Positions 13,301 to 25,181 are shown, numbered from the whole stretch's first letter. The stretch: DNA of 63,938 bases, filler included, from Octopus bimaculoides (GCF_001194135.2; 10 parts of 8 records of this genome joined end to end with filler, not necessarily neighbours in it); one strand, 5' to 3'. Made by a program: numbers and translations. The notes: generated from the sequence alone by a model not told the origin.

Positions 13301-15119
13301 ACGCACATCTAAAAAAACGCACAGCATAAACGCGGTCGGTTCTTGTAATAATATGCCAACGCTGAGAAATGTGTGCGTTTGTGAGGAGTGAGTGAAGGAG
13401 CGAGCGAGTGAATGTCTGTTCGTAGTAGTAACTTTACTACATCAGCAAGGCAGCTTCTGCGATGTGTTAGATGCGCATGAATGGAAAAATCGTACTATAC
13501 GTATGTGCGTATTCAGGTTCACGTATTTATGTATGAATGTATGTTTGTATGNNNNNNNNNNNNNNNNNNNNNNNNNNNNNNNNNNNNNNNNNNNNNNNNN
13601 NNNNNNNNNNNNNNNNNNNNNNNNNNNNNNNNNNNATATATAGTATATATTTATGTTTGTTTGTTTGTATTTATGTAGCTTGTGTCTGTAGGTGAATATG
13701 TTTATGTGTGTGCAAGAGCGATTCTAATCTATAATGCTGGAATCTGTTGCAGAATTTTCCGTTAGCGTAAATCTAATTTTTCCAGGGTCTTAAATTGTGT
13801 TACGACAACAACAATGCACATGATGTTGATGATAATGATGATGACAGTGATGGTATACACGCATATATATATGTATATATATATATATATGCGTGCTAGT
13901 ATTATGTACGTGTATGTTTGTGTGAGTGCGTAGACATTTGTACGTGCAGCGATGAAGAAGCTTGTCTTGTATGTAGACATGAATAAATATAATATATATA
14001 AATGTTTTTTTTTTTTTTCTGGTGGCTGGTTTGTTTGGTTGTGAAGACAGTGGTATATTGTGGAAAATTCAGTGAAAATGTAAAATTAATAATAGCGATG
14101 TGTGTCTATGTGGCGTCAGTAGTAAAACTGTCTTGTTGAGAAATGGTAGTAAACGGCGTAATATAGTAGAACATGGTTGTATGTATGACTGCGATTGAGA
14201 GAATCTGAAGCAAGGAATTTTTCTCAATGTAACAGTAGACGACAACGATGAAGAAGAAGAAGAAGAAAAAGAAGACGAGTAGAAGAAGAAGAAGAAGACT
14301 TGCTCGTGCGCACGACTTGCTTGTGAATTGCGCGCGCTCCGAATTATGAATGTAAAAAGGTAAAGCGCGTATAAGTGTTGGAGTAGAAATTCAAAGGCGA
14401 AATTATGAATGTGTTTTTGACATCAAGCGGAATCTGCGTATTTCTCCGTGGCTGACTCCACTTCAGCTAGAAACGGTTGTAAAGCATGAGAGGCTGTACG
14501 GCAGGCAATCAATAAGTACCAGCGAAGACTGCTGCATTCTGGGATTGCTGGCTCATTCATAGCCGTGTGCCGAGTTGTGACGTCAGAGCTTAAACGCATC
14601 CCATTCACCATCAAAGGTGCTGACCCAAGATGATAGCTTACAACCAATGTTACTGTCAGCAACAACACTACTACAGCTCGTTTGCAGTGGCGGCGGCGGT
14701 GGTGGTAGTAGTGATAGTAGTAATAGTAACAGTAGTAGTTGTAGTAGTAGTAATAGTAGTAGTAGTAGTAGCAGTACTAGCATGATGTAGTAGCAGTAGC
14801 AGCAGCAGCTCCACTATTATTTCCAATAAACATTATTATCACTAGACGCGAAAAACCCTCAGCCACCAACACCACCACCACCACCGCCGCCGCCGCCGCC
14901 GCCGCCGCATTAGCTTTTTCCACTAGCGACAACTGCGATGTCGCCCGAGCTCTCTCTCTCTCTCTTTCTTTCTTTTTTCTTTCCTCAGCCCCCCCCGCCT
15001 TCCTCCCCCACCACCACTATAACCACTATTGCCATCATCATCATCATCGTCATCACCATCATCACCATCATCATCNNNNNNNNNNNNNNNNNNNNNNNNN
15101 NNNNNNNNNNNNNNNNNNN

Positions 15120-15131
15120 TTAATTAATTAA
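15120..15131. other. Assembly gap linker TTAATTAATTAA between N runs (recurs near 18425, 38720, 41327, 43533, 56277, 57833, 60179 and 62607)
   Basis: Identical 12-mer with stops in all six frames, always centred in an N block. Confidence 0.95.
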
Positions 15132-15699
15132 NNNNNNNNNNNNNNNNNNNNNNNNNNNNNNNNNNNNNNNNNNNNGGGTACACACACAGACACACAAACA
15201 TACACACACACATACATACATATACATATATACGACGGGCTTCTTTCAGTTTCTGTCTACCAAATCCACTCACAAGGCTTTGGTCGGCCCGAGGCTCAAA
15301 ATGTTTTTCCTAATAAGGACTAATTAGATAGAAAGAGACATTTCTTTGTTTGTTTTAGAAAAATGCTCACGTTTATTTTTTTTTTATTTAAAAAAAATAA
15401 TAATTTTGACTCTTGTTGCTATGACATTGTTGACATATGCAATGGATCAAGAAGGGAAATCTATTTGGCATACGTATTTGATTCAGATTCGTTTTATTTA
15501 TCAGTGGATGTTGATTGAATTCTTTTTCAAATTTCTTGTCGATGAAAAGCATTTAAACTTCGTATGACGGATCTGTCACATGGCTCAAGTAACGGAGTAA
15601 TGTTTTAAGGAGGGGGAAAATGTTTTGATGTGTTCCACGCAGTTTTCAATTGAATCGTGAGTACGATCTGGTGAAGATAGTGAAATGAGCTGGCAGTAA

Positions 15700-16700
15700 A
15701 AATTTTAGTTTACGATATTCATTTCCGTGAATTGAAACATTAAAAGCAGCGCTTTAATTCTTGGACCACTCTTGTGTAAAAATAAACAAAGTATAAAAAT
15801 TTGGAAAAGAAGTGAGTAAAGAAAAAATCGCTCTGACTGAAGAGTAGTTTCACAGGAAGAAAAGATGAAGGACTTTTGTGCACAAATGCGTTCATAGCTG
15901 GGGAAAAATATGTCTATTATTTTTATCAGCCGAAATGTGGATTTTAGCAGAATGACGAAAATTATTGTTGAATATTCTCTTGAGATTTTTTACAATGCAA
16001 ATAGAGAGCTTTATTTTCGTGCAATGTGCAAGCATAATTATTTAACAATGAAAATACCAAGGAATTTGAATATTCAAAGGAGAGCGCGACAGCTTTTTGT
16101 TGCGTTAATATGAAAGAATAGAAACAACAAATTCTTGTGATTGAAAATTATAAATCGTTGGTGTTTTAAAGGTGTCAGAGGTTTACCTGTTCATTACTGC
16201 TTTAATGCAAATGCATGGATGACTTCAGTCATTCTTAAGAACTGGTTACTTAAGTGAGATCTGAACGAAATCGAAGTAAGGCATCGTTAGATGTTAACTG
16301 TACGGCACACAGAAATAATTTGTGATTAAAGAACATCAAAGTAACATTTTATTTTAGTTTTGCATTCAAACACTGCTTCGTTAAATCAACCAAGTGACAA
16401 AGGCATCAAACGAGTTTTAAAGGTTTATTAACGAATAGAAATTTGTGAAAGAATTTCAACCGAAGTCAATGATAATGAAAGCGAGTCGGATGCAAATTCA
16501 ATGGGCAAACGGATTTCTCCTGTTGATGTATTACAGTGTTATGGAAACAAGTGCCAGAGACGATTGTACAAAATTGTTTGTAAAAAGAATTTCTCTAAAA
16601 CAAGCAGAGAAACTAGGCTTTACAAGGAATTAGGACTTATCGGAAAATAATTTTTAATTAAGTCACAAATGATATACAAAAAGAAAAGTTTAAAAATTGA
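15700..16700 (+). mobile_element. Decayed Tigger/pogo (DDE_1) transposase
   Basis: Fragmentary motifs IFYNANRELYFRAM, CCVNM, CFKGV..LPVHY..NANAWMTS and NTASLNQPSDKGI, with many stops and frameshifts. Confidence 0.75.
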
Positions 16701-18024
16701 TTCGTTATTAATGCCAAAGCTTACGTAAAAACTATAACAACACTGTCAGAATTATGTCAGGTTATTAATGATGTATAATTTAAATCAGTAATAGAGAATA
16801 AACCAAATCCAAAAGAAATTTCAGAAATTCCTCAAACCAATATTTAGATGTGAAAACTCCCATAAATATTTCGTTTCAGCGAGCAACGGTCATCTGTAGA
16901 ATTTCAAAAGTAATGATCTTTTTCACTTTTATTGTCTTTGTTTCATTCACTGGACTGCGGCTATGCTGGAGCACCGCCCTGCAGGATTTAGTCGAACAAA
17001 TCGTCCCTTGCCCTGTATTTATTACTTTTAAGCCTGACACTTGTTCCATCAGGCTTGGAAACAAAAAGAAACAGACTCACCTGAAAATTACTTGTAAGTA
17101 GATTTGGTAGACGGAAACTGGAAGAAGACGGCCATGTGTGTGTGTGTGTGTGTGTGTGTCTTTGCGCCTGTGATTGTCCCATCAATCACCACCGCTTGAA
17201 AACAAGCGTTGATATTTTTACTTTCCCTTATTCTAACGGTTCGGCAAACGTGACTGATTTAATACGTAAAAGGTTTTTAAAATAATATGTACTGCATTCG
17301 ATTCGTTCTACTAGAATTCTTCAAGGTGGTGCCCCACCATGGCTGCAGTCTAAAGACTGGAACAGGTAAAAAAATAAAAGACAAATGACTTAGGATATTT
17401 ATTAAATCTCCCCTAAAACCGAATTGAACTTATGCCTCGTCAAGAAGAGAGTGAAGGCGCTTGGTCTAGTGATTAGAGCATTGTATTCACGACCGTAAGA
17501 TCGTAGTTTTGTTTCCTGGACCGGGTAGTGCGTTGTCTTCTTGAGCAATAAACTTCGTTTCACGTTATTCCACTCCACTCAAGTGTAACATTAATTCCTG
17601 CAATAGCCAGGATTCGACTCTGCGATAGATCAACATCCTGCTCAATGGGAGAATGTTGTAATCTCTGTCCCTTATACGTCATAGAAACTGGGTTAAGCAA
17701 GTTTCTTCACCACATTTCCTTGATTGCGCCAATTGGAAAGTCTTTATTGATGTTGCTAAGATCGATCTTTTAAAGCGTCATAACTAGACTCTGAGATCTA
17801 AAACCGCCGCGTAATGCTGACCAACATAGATTTGTGTTTCTCGAGCTCAGTGATATATCATCAGTATAATAATACTAATGAAAGATATACAGCAAGCAAA
17901 CGTACGATGTTCTGTGCAGTCGATTAACGTATAAGATTTGTAGAATCTCCTACAACTCACACATCATTATCCTTGAACTCTAGATAGCTAAAAAGACAGA
18001 CAGACAGACGTACAGACAGCTCTG

Positions 18025-18171
18025 TTAAGTGTACTAACCTATCTACATATCCTTATCTAGATGAAGAAGGGTGAAGGAAGTGGAACGGGTAATTATAACA
18101 TTGAAGACCTTAAAGAATTCATCACCCTTCTTCATCTAGATAAGTGTATGTAGATAGGTTAGTACACTTAA
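18025..18171. repeat. Near-perfect hairpin: 50-bp arms, 47-nt spacer, TTAA at both ends
   Basis: 18025-18074 is the reverse complement of 18122-18171 with 2 adjacent mismatches. Confidence 0.9.
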
Positions 18172-19079
18172 GTTGTAATTCGCTTAGGTTGACCACTGGC
18201 CACTCACCACAAGAATATCATGTTTCATGTTTCATGTTTCAAGTCTATTCTGGCATGACACTTCTTATTTACGACCCACCACTGATATAGACAGACACAG
18301 CTCATACATATCTATCCCTTACGACCTTTAAGATCTCTGTATCTATATCTATTTATCGCTTTATCTTTTTCTTCTACATTNNNNNNNNNNNNNNNNNNNN
18401 NNNNNNNNNNNNNNNNNNNNNNNNTTAATTAATTAANNNNNNNNNNNNNNNNNNNNNNNNNNNNNNNNNNNNNNNNNNNNTAGCTCCTGCTAAAAGGGAT
18501 TACCCTGCTATGTATAATCAGGGCAGCGCAAAAAGTTGTTTTGCACAAGCATTTCTATAGCCAATTACACGGATGAAATTTACGTATGCTTAATAATTTT
18601 ACGCAAAACAGCCCTCAGACTTTCCCTATTAATTTCATCGTCTTTTGAATTATGAACATATTTACATCATAAGGGTTTTTTCGTTGTAAGGCTTTCTTTT
18701 TTAGTTGATTTTCAGCTAGCAAGACTTATCGTAGATGGCATAATAAGTCACACCCGGACAAGGTCGGGTTATACTGCTAGTTTCTCAAAAAAAAAAAAAA
18801 AAACACGGTCTGCTTTCCATGACCATCCCTCCTCAATCACAACATTGCATTCTCTACACATCTCTCATTCAAGTCTGGAGAGAAACATTTGGTAATGAGC
18901 AGACATTGTAGGTGCCACCCAGTTTGATACCTCCTTACCACCAGCAACCCCGTTTCCTTGGATACCTTTACTGGTGTCCATTGAGGTGCAAGCATTCAAA
19001 CCAAGTCTTTGGTCAGAATACCACCGTCTCAGAAACCCAGACAGAGATTGCCGATGCCACCACAACCCATAAAACTCTC

Positions 19080-19156
19080 TCAGACTTCCTGTATCAGCTG
19101 TTGTGTCACTTGGTCCATTCTACGGCCAGAAATAGCAAAACTTTCTATACATTTGC
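19080..19156 (-). CDS. Unknown gene, putative last coding exon (GKCIESFAISGRRMDQVTQQLIQEV*)
   Basis: aaatttcag acceptor, open in phase 1, TGA at 19082-19080. The five exons sum to 402 nt = 133 aa plus stop. Confidence 0.55.
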
Positions 19157-19687
19157 CTGAAATTTGACCGGTGATCACCACTGCTGCCACCTGCAGTTGT
19201 TTTTAGTGTAACAGGCAGAGAAAAATAGGGTTTGCTGAGAAATAAAAGTGAGAGGAGAAATTTCTTCCAAGGGGAAAGAATTGCTGAGAGAGATTTTTTA
19301 TTTTTTATACATTATTTTTATATACTTATTTTATATATTTTATTATTTTATTTAGTCCTTGCCTTTACTTGCCAATTATAGCTAAGACCCCTTAATGTCC
19401 TTTGTTCTTTACAAACCTATTGCAGATCAATCATTTGATGAAACTGGGGCGACAGACAACAAAGCAAGGAAAATATTTTTAATTGTCTCATCAAGGAATT
19501 CTCAAGGATAAAATGTAATGGAAAATTGGTCAATGGCTGATGACTGAGAAATATGAAATGAGAGGAAGATGCGTTTCTTCTTGTATTTATTGTTGAACAG
19601 GATTGCAGAAGCACAATGGAAACATGAATGGCACAAGTCCAGAGTCAACTGTTTGTCTTCAGTCCCAGCTGACCACCAATGCCTGAC

Positions 19688-19783
19688 CTGTGGCAGAGCC
19701 ATCTGAGTATACATTGGACTGAGTGACCACAGCTGGACACACCATGCTCCACCTTTTCTCAGGTGATATCCTTCGGTCATCGT
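19688..19783 (-). CDS. Unknown gene, exon 4 (DDDRRISPEKRWSMVCPAVVTQSNVYSDGSAT)
   Basis: tgttgcag acceptor, CAG|gtcagg donor, 96 nt, phase 1-1, open in the required frame. Confidence 0.6.
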
Positions 19784-19869
19784 CTGCAACAATGGACAAA
19801 CTAATGCATTTCCCCCAAAGACACCAGTCTGCAGAACTTCAAGGTAACAACCAATTTTATTGATTCTAC

Positions 19870-19962
19870 CTGTCTGATGAAACGATTGTGGTATGGGTCC
19901 TTTTGTAGCATTGGTCCTTTCCAGCTGGGATACATTTGTGAGAGCCCTACCCACCTGAACCT
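19870..19962 (-). CDS. Unknown gene, possible exon 3 (EVQVGRALTNVSQLERTNATKGPIPQSFHQT)
   Basis: ttttagccag acceptor, CAG|gtagaa donor, 93 nt, phase 1-1. Symmetric, so it could be skipped. Confidence 0.4.
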
Positions 19963-20165
19963 CTGGCTAAAACCTAATAACATCTGTCCTGAACATCACC
20001 CCCAACCCAAACAAAAGAAGCCCATGCTAGTTGTCTTTCTGCTCACATGACCTCCCTCATTCCACTCCTTCCAGTGAGTCCATCCCAGCCCCACAATGGT
20101 CAAATAAGTAACATTGTCTTTCATATCTGGATTAAAATATTAAGGGACACGAAAATAGGGCCCAC

Positions 20166-20289
20166 CTGGTGTAGTAGAAGATTCTGCATGACCTTCTTCT
20201 CCAGCTTCCTTCTGTTTAGATTCAAGGTTTTCTTCATTTTGGTCATGAGAAGGATCAGTCTCAGACATTCCTTCACTAACATCTTTTGT
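20166..20289 (-). CDS. Unknown gene, exon 2 (TKDVSEGMSETDPSHDQNEENLESKQKEAGEEGHAESSTTP)
   Basis: Long T-tract + tag acceptor, 124-nt open acidic frame, CAG|gtgggc donor. Confidence 0.65.
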
Positions 20290-20928
20290 CTAAAAAAAAA
20301 AAAACAAGCATAAGAATTTTAAAAATTGGATACAGATTTACATTCAATATTTAAAAAATCGTTTTTCTTTCTACTGATTTCCTGTCTTCAGCCATTTTAT
20401 CTCCTCTATCTTCACCCCCACCTTCTACCCTCAATTTTAATTGACCCTTTTTAGCAATTAGGACCGTCACTGGTCTCCTTATTTATTATTTCATAAAACG
20501 TTGATCGTTTTAAAGAGTGAAGAAACATGGGATTTCATCCTTTATATTTCCTCCTCTTATCTGCAGCTTGTCTGATGCTTGTGTACAAACTGCATGCTGC
20601 AGGGATCCTGGATGCAGATGTCTTCCAAAAGAAATGAAGCTAGTATTTTCTGTTGAATATGCAACGTCAGTGTACATGAATAAAGTACAAATTTGTTGAG
20701 AAAAAAAAAGAGAGGGAGCTTTGTAATGGTGGCGATGCAATAGGGTTTTGTGAGAACAAACATCAAAATCTTAGAAAGAAAATTGAAATGTCAATGAATA
20801 AAAAAACTCGCTTTCAGAACGCTTAGCTTTATTTTAAATAATATGTATGTATATATCAATATTTTCTGTATATTAAATCTTTTAAAAATATGTCATACAT
20901 TCAAAAGCAATATTTTAAATAACATTAC

Positions 20929-20940
20929 CTCATCTGCCAT
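20929..20940 (-). CDS. Unknown gene, coding exon 1 (MADE)
   Basis: caagATGG start context and GAG|gtaatg donor, phase 0. Confidence 0.6.
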
Positions 20941-21179
20941 CTTGTTGCTAAGGAAGCGAATGTTCGTTGTCAATAAAATACATACTCCACAGTGAAACAA
21001 TAGTTTCGTATTTGAGTAAGCCAAACTTTAAGAATGTCGTTATAATATCAATGTTATTTTTTAATGTTATAAATAAAAATAAAAATTAAAAACACAGAAA
21101 CAAATTTTTATAAGTAAGTGTTCTAAAACGAGCGCTAATTTTAGCTTAAAAACAATCCGGGTCAAAAAAGTTGACTTCA

Positions 21180-21209
21180 TTTGGCGGGTAATTAAAAATT
21201 AGTTTCAAA
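21180..21209 (+). promoter_or_regulatory. E2F/CDE-like site (TTTGGCGG, 21180-21187) and CHR-like TTTGAA on - strand (21204-21209) in a putative bidirectional promoter
   Basis: Motifs lie 60-90 bp upstream of the TK1-like ATG, within the 329 bp between two divergent start codons. TK1 is a known E2F target in vertebrates. Confidence 0.5.
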
Positions 21210-21269
21210 AAAGGTCGGTGCTTCATTCCACTTCTTCCTCATTTAACGTTCAAAACTGTTTTGGTCAAT

Positions 21270-21314
21270 ATGATCTCTTTGGAAGGAAATCAGAGGAAAA
21301 GAGGTGAAATTCAG
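21270..21314 (+). CDS. TK1: Thymidine kinase 1-like gene, coding exon 1 (MISLEGNQRKRGEIQ)
   Basis: ATG at 21270, 15 open codons, CAG|gtaaat donor. RGEIQ matches the RGQIQ that precedes the TK1 P-loop and splices in phase 0 to VIIGPMLSGK. Confidence 0.8.
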
Positions 21315-22953
21315 GTAAATTATATTTTTTTTTACTAAACTGTTTTGTCCAAACTTAATGCAAAAATTTTAAAGTCGAAAAAGTAATTTGTAACGAACTT
21401 TTCTAAAACTTTGCCACGATGACATTTATTTCAGTGCTTGAAAAGAATATATATCGAATTAAGCGTATGAGACTTTTACGTAAGAAAAACGTATTATAAA
21501 AATAAAAAAAGCTTGAATAAGTTCAATTAAAAGATTTTTCCTCCTCTTTTCTTCTTTTATATCTTATCATTAATAACAAATTATTTGTCAAAACCGAACA
21601 GACCACTTGTTCTGTAGCAAAAGTCTAACACCGACTTCATAAAAATATATGTAGGAAGAGACAGAAATAGATAGAAAAGACTAAATATCTAATTTTGATA
21701 TAAAAACTATATTTCTACAGGTTAATGTTGTTAGTGTTAAGAAACCGCGCCAACCACCTATCTATCTACCTATCGGAGCTAATGCAGAATTGCACCTCTC
21801 CTCGGAAAATGCATTGTTTTGAAAAAAGGTTTTCGACGCTTGAGATGTCAGAGATTACGAATATGCAAAAAAAGACCCACCTTTTCAAATTTCACCTCCC
21901 CCCCCCCCTTAAAATTTTGATTTTGTTTACCTTAAAGAGATTGTAGCAAATTGACAAACCTATGCAAATCGAAATTAAATATAGACAAAAACATTAAAGT
22001 GAAAAGGATCTGCGTTTTACTTGTGTTTGCCTTAAATAACCGTAAATATACATTAAATATATGTTTCGGCACACGATCTCGGATCAAGTCACTGGCTATG
22101 CAAACACATCTCCGTAAATGTACACCATTCTATGAGAAACAAACATTAATATGGTTAATAATTAACGTTATAAAGTTTAATAAGGGGCTCAAATTTCACC
22201 CCAATTTTAAATTTTTAACTTTTCACTATTTGTCTATTTATCCCTATTCGTTTATTCATATCTATCTATCTGTCTGTCTGTGTATATGTATATATGGCGA
22301 AGGTAAAGAATACGCGCACCCAGTGTTTAGGGTCAGGGTTACGCCGAAAACGGATGGTGTGCGTATTCTTTACCTCCGCTGACTTTAGATGCTATAGATT
22401 AAATTTCTGCAAATGCCTTTCAGATATTGGAGATTACGGTTATATCAGAATGTGATGTAAAAAAAAGAAAACTGAGGGTGGAGGAGAGGTCGGATAATTC
22501 ACACACCTTCTACTTAGTTCTCTCGTGCGTTTTGATGCGGGAATTGTGCCTCTGTTCCCCCATTTTTTCACATCAAATTCTGACAATCGTAGTCTACACC
22601 ACATGAAAGGCATTTTTTGGAAATTTAATTTAAAAAATATTCATTTTTCAGAAAGTTATGAGATAACAAAATCAGTGGGGCACGTTTCTGTAGTTAGACT
22701 TATATAATTTTATATATCTCCGGTCTAAGTTTCGCTGAGCTGGGCGGGTCTTATCACCAGACATCTCGGTCCATTGTCATCTCCATGAGGCTCAATATCT
22801 CGAGCTCAGCCCTCACTAATTCATCCCATGTTTTCCTGGGTTGCCCACTTCCGCCAGTTCAATCCACTTTAAGCGATTGGCATCATTTAACATCCAAGAG
22901 GGGTCTGTATTTGTAATAAAGAGAGTCTCTTTACTAATTTGTTGGCTACAGGT

Positions 22954-22992
<39 letters not shown>

Positions 22993-23004
22993 CAAAAATC
23001 TATA

Positions 23005-23415
23005 TCATCGTCCATCCATTTTCCATGCTGGTATAGGATGGACGGTTTGACTGAGGTCTGGAAAGCCAGCAGCTGTACCAGGCTCCAATCTGATCTGGCA
23101 ATGTTTCTACAACTGGCTGCCCTTCCTAACACCAATCACTCTGAGAGTGTAGTGGGTGCTTTTTATGTGCCACCAGCACAGGGGCCAGAGGGGCTGGCCT
23201 GACATTGATCACGTTTGGATAATGCTTTTTACATGTCACTGGCACTGGGGCCAGTCATGGGGTACTGGCATCAGCCACGTTCGGATGGTGCTTTTTACAT
23301 GCCACCAGGGGTACTCTTAACTGGGCCGGACATGTGTGGCTGCAATCTCACTTTAGTTGCTGGGTCCTCTCAATTATAGCATATCTCCAAAGGTCTCGGT
23401 CTCCTGTCATTGCCA
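23005..23415 (-). mobile_element. RTE-type LINE 3' tail copy (TK1-like intron 1)
   Basis: Shared tail ...ttaggaagggcagccagttgtagaaacattgccagatcagattggagcctgg...ccatgc...gatga, in antisense. Confidence 0.8.
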
Positions 23416-23449
23416 ATTAAAATCACAATCAGCATCTCAATCAAATCAA

Positions 23450-23790
23450 AATTGTAGTTGTGGCTGATGCCAGTGGCTCCCGTGCTAGTGGCACGCAATA
23501 AGCACCATTCATGCATGGGTCGTTGCCAGTGCTGCCTGACCAGCTCCCTTTGCCAGTGGCACGTAAAAAGCATCATCCGAACATGGTCGATGCCAGTGCC
23601 GCCAGACAGGTTCCTGTGCCAGTGGCACGTAAAAAGCACCCACTACACTCGGAGTGGTTAGTGTTAGGAAGGGCATCCAGCTGTAGGAACATTGCCAGAT
23701 CAGATTGGAGTCTGATGCAGCCATCTGGTTCACCAGTCAAACTGTCCAACCCATGCCTGCATGGAAAATGGATGTTAAATGATGATGATA
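23450..23790 (+). mobile_element. RTE-type LINE 3' tail copy (TK1-like intron 1)
   Basis: Same family in sense orientation, ending gttaaatgatgatgat. Confidence 0.8.
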
Positions 23791-23894
23791 TACATTTTCA
23801 CTCTGTCTTTCTCCATATCACTTTTTTATATATTATTTAATATTTCTTACCAGCTCATCATTGCTTTGTATTAATTGAATCTGGTGTTTTTCAG

Positions 23895-23926
23895 GTGATA
23901 ATCGGTCCCATGTTGAGCGGAAAAAC
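23895..23926 (+). CDS. TK1: TK1-like exon 2 (VIIGPMLSGKT, P-loop)
   Basis: ttttcag|GTG acceptor and AC|gtaagt donor. 32-nt exon encodes the GPMxSGK[ST] Walker A motif of type II thymidine kinases. Confidence 0.93.
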
Positions 23927-24755
23927 GTAAGTTCAACAACAACATTGATTTCATTCTGAGATTCATCATGTCCCTCGGTCAGTTTGTTGCATTGGACGGC
24001 TAATCCTCTCCTCCTCTTTCTCTTTTTCTTCCTCGGCAGAAGATACAATACAACATACTAGTAGATAAATAGTTGTACTGTTGGTGGTCTATAATGGTTT
24101 ATCTGTCAGAGGGAATGTTGTGTGTGTATGTTTGTAGCCATTGCAACATTAATCTGTTCACCTGGGCAATGGCCCTCGCCCTGTGACTGGTAGGCGTGTG
24201 TGTCTGTTTGGTGGTTGGCTCTTATTCACAATTACTGGAATATTTTGTGACTCTGAAAGGGAATGTTGGTTGTGGTTACAACCAGAACTATGTTAAATCT
24301 TTTAACTTTGTTTCAATTCATTTCAAAAATACTGAAGAATATAATGAAATATCTTGGTATTTTAGCTGTGGTTTGAAACCTTTACCTCCTGACTCTCTCA
24401 TCTTTATTACAGTGAAGTTTGTTTTGCTAAGGAAGTCTAATTAGATTGAAGTATGCCTTGAGTTGTCTCCCATTATTTACTGAAACAGAATTATATTAGT
24501 TATTGGAGCTAATGTTGTCTTTTCTTTATCCTCATGATCATCCACAGACAGAATTTGTCAAGGCAGATTTTCAGCGTTTGGTGCCCTTCCTGTCACCAAC
24601 CCTCACCTGTTCCCAAACAAAGCATCATTTCCCTATGGCCAGACAGGTTTTCCACAAAAGGCTGGAAATGAACAACCTCGCTTGTATGATGGTGATGCTC
24701 ATTTACAGCCATCAGCATGGAAAAGTAGGCATTAAAACAAGAATGAAAATCACCT

Positions 24756-24790
<35 letters not shown>

Positions 24791-25181
24791 ATCATGACCA
24801 TTTAACATCCGTTTTCTGTGCTGGGATGGGTTGGATGGCTTGACAGGGGCTGGCAAGCTGGAGAGCTGTGTCAGGCTCCCATTGTCTGTTTTGGCATGGT
24901 GGGACAGAGGTGACCCTCTTGCTGGAGAGGAGATATTTGGCTACTTCAGCCGGATAAGGAAGGNNNNNNNNNNNNNNNNNNNNNNNNNNNNNNNNNNNNN
25001 NNNNNNNNNNNNNNNNNNNNNNNNNNNNNNNNNNNNNNNNNNGGGGGGGGGGTAGTATAAATAGTAGGGAAAGGACAAAGGGAGTACCCCATAAGTGTGT
25101 GGAGGAAGATGTTTAGATATGTATATGCATATATTCCTGTTTGTGTATAGTAGAGCAGTATTTTTTCTTTTCTGTTTACAG

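Noticed and set aside
14583-14783. Signal-peptide-like ORF MLVLLLL...PPPP
   Set aside because: The Leu and Pro runs come from (CTA)n/(CCG)n microsatellites; short, with no supported continuation.
15120-15131. Recurrent TTAATTAATTAA palindrome inside N runs (nine occurrences)
   Set aside because: Artificial six-frame-stop scaffolding linker, not biological.
17830-17870. CTGATGA...GAAAC on the minus strand
   Set aside because: No credible stems II or III.
24325-24364. CTGAAGA-ATATAAT-GAAA hammerhead-like string in TK1-like intron 2
   Set aside because: The stem I register would require TGG at the cleavage triplet; likely an AT-rich chance match.
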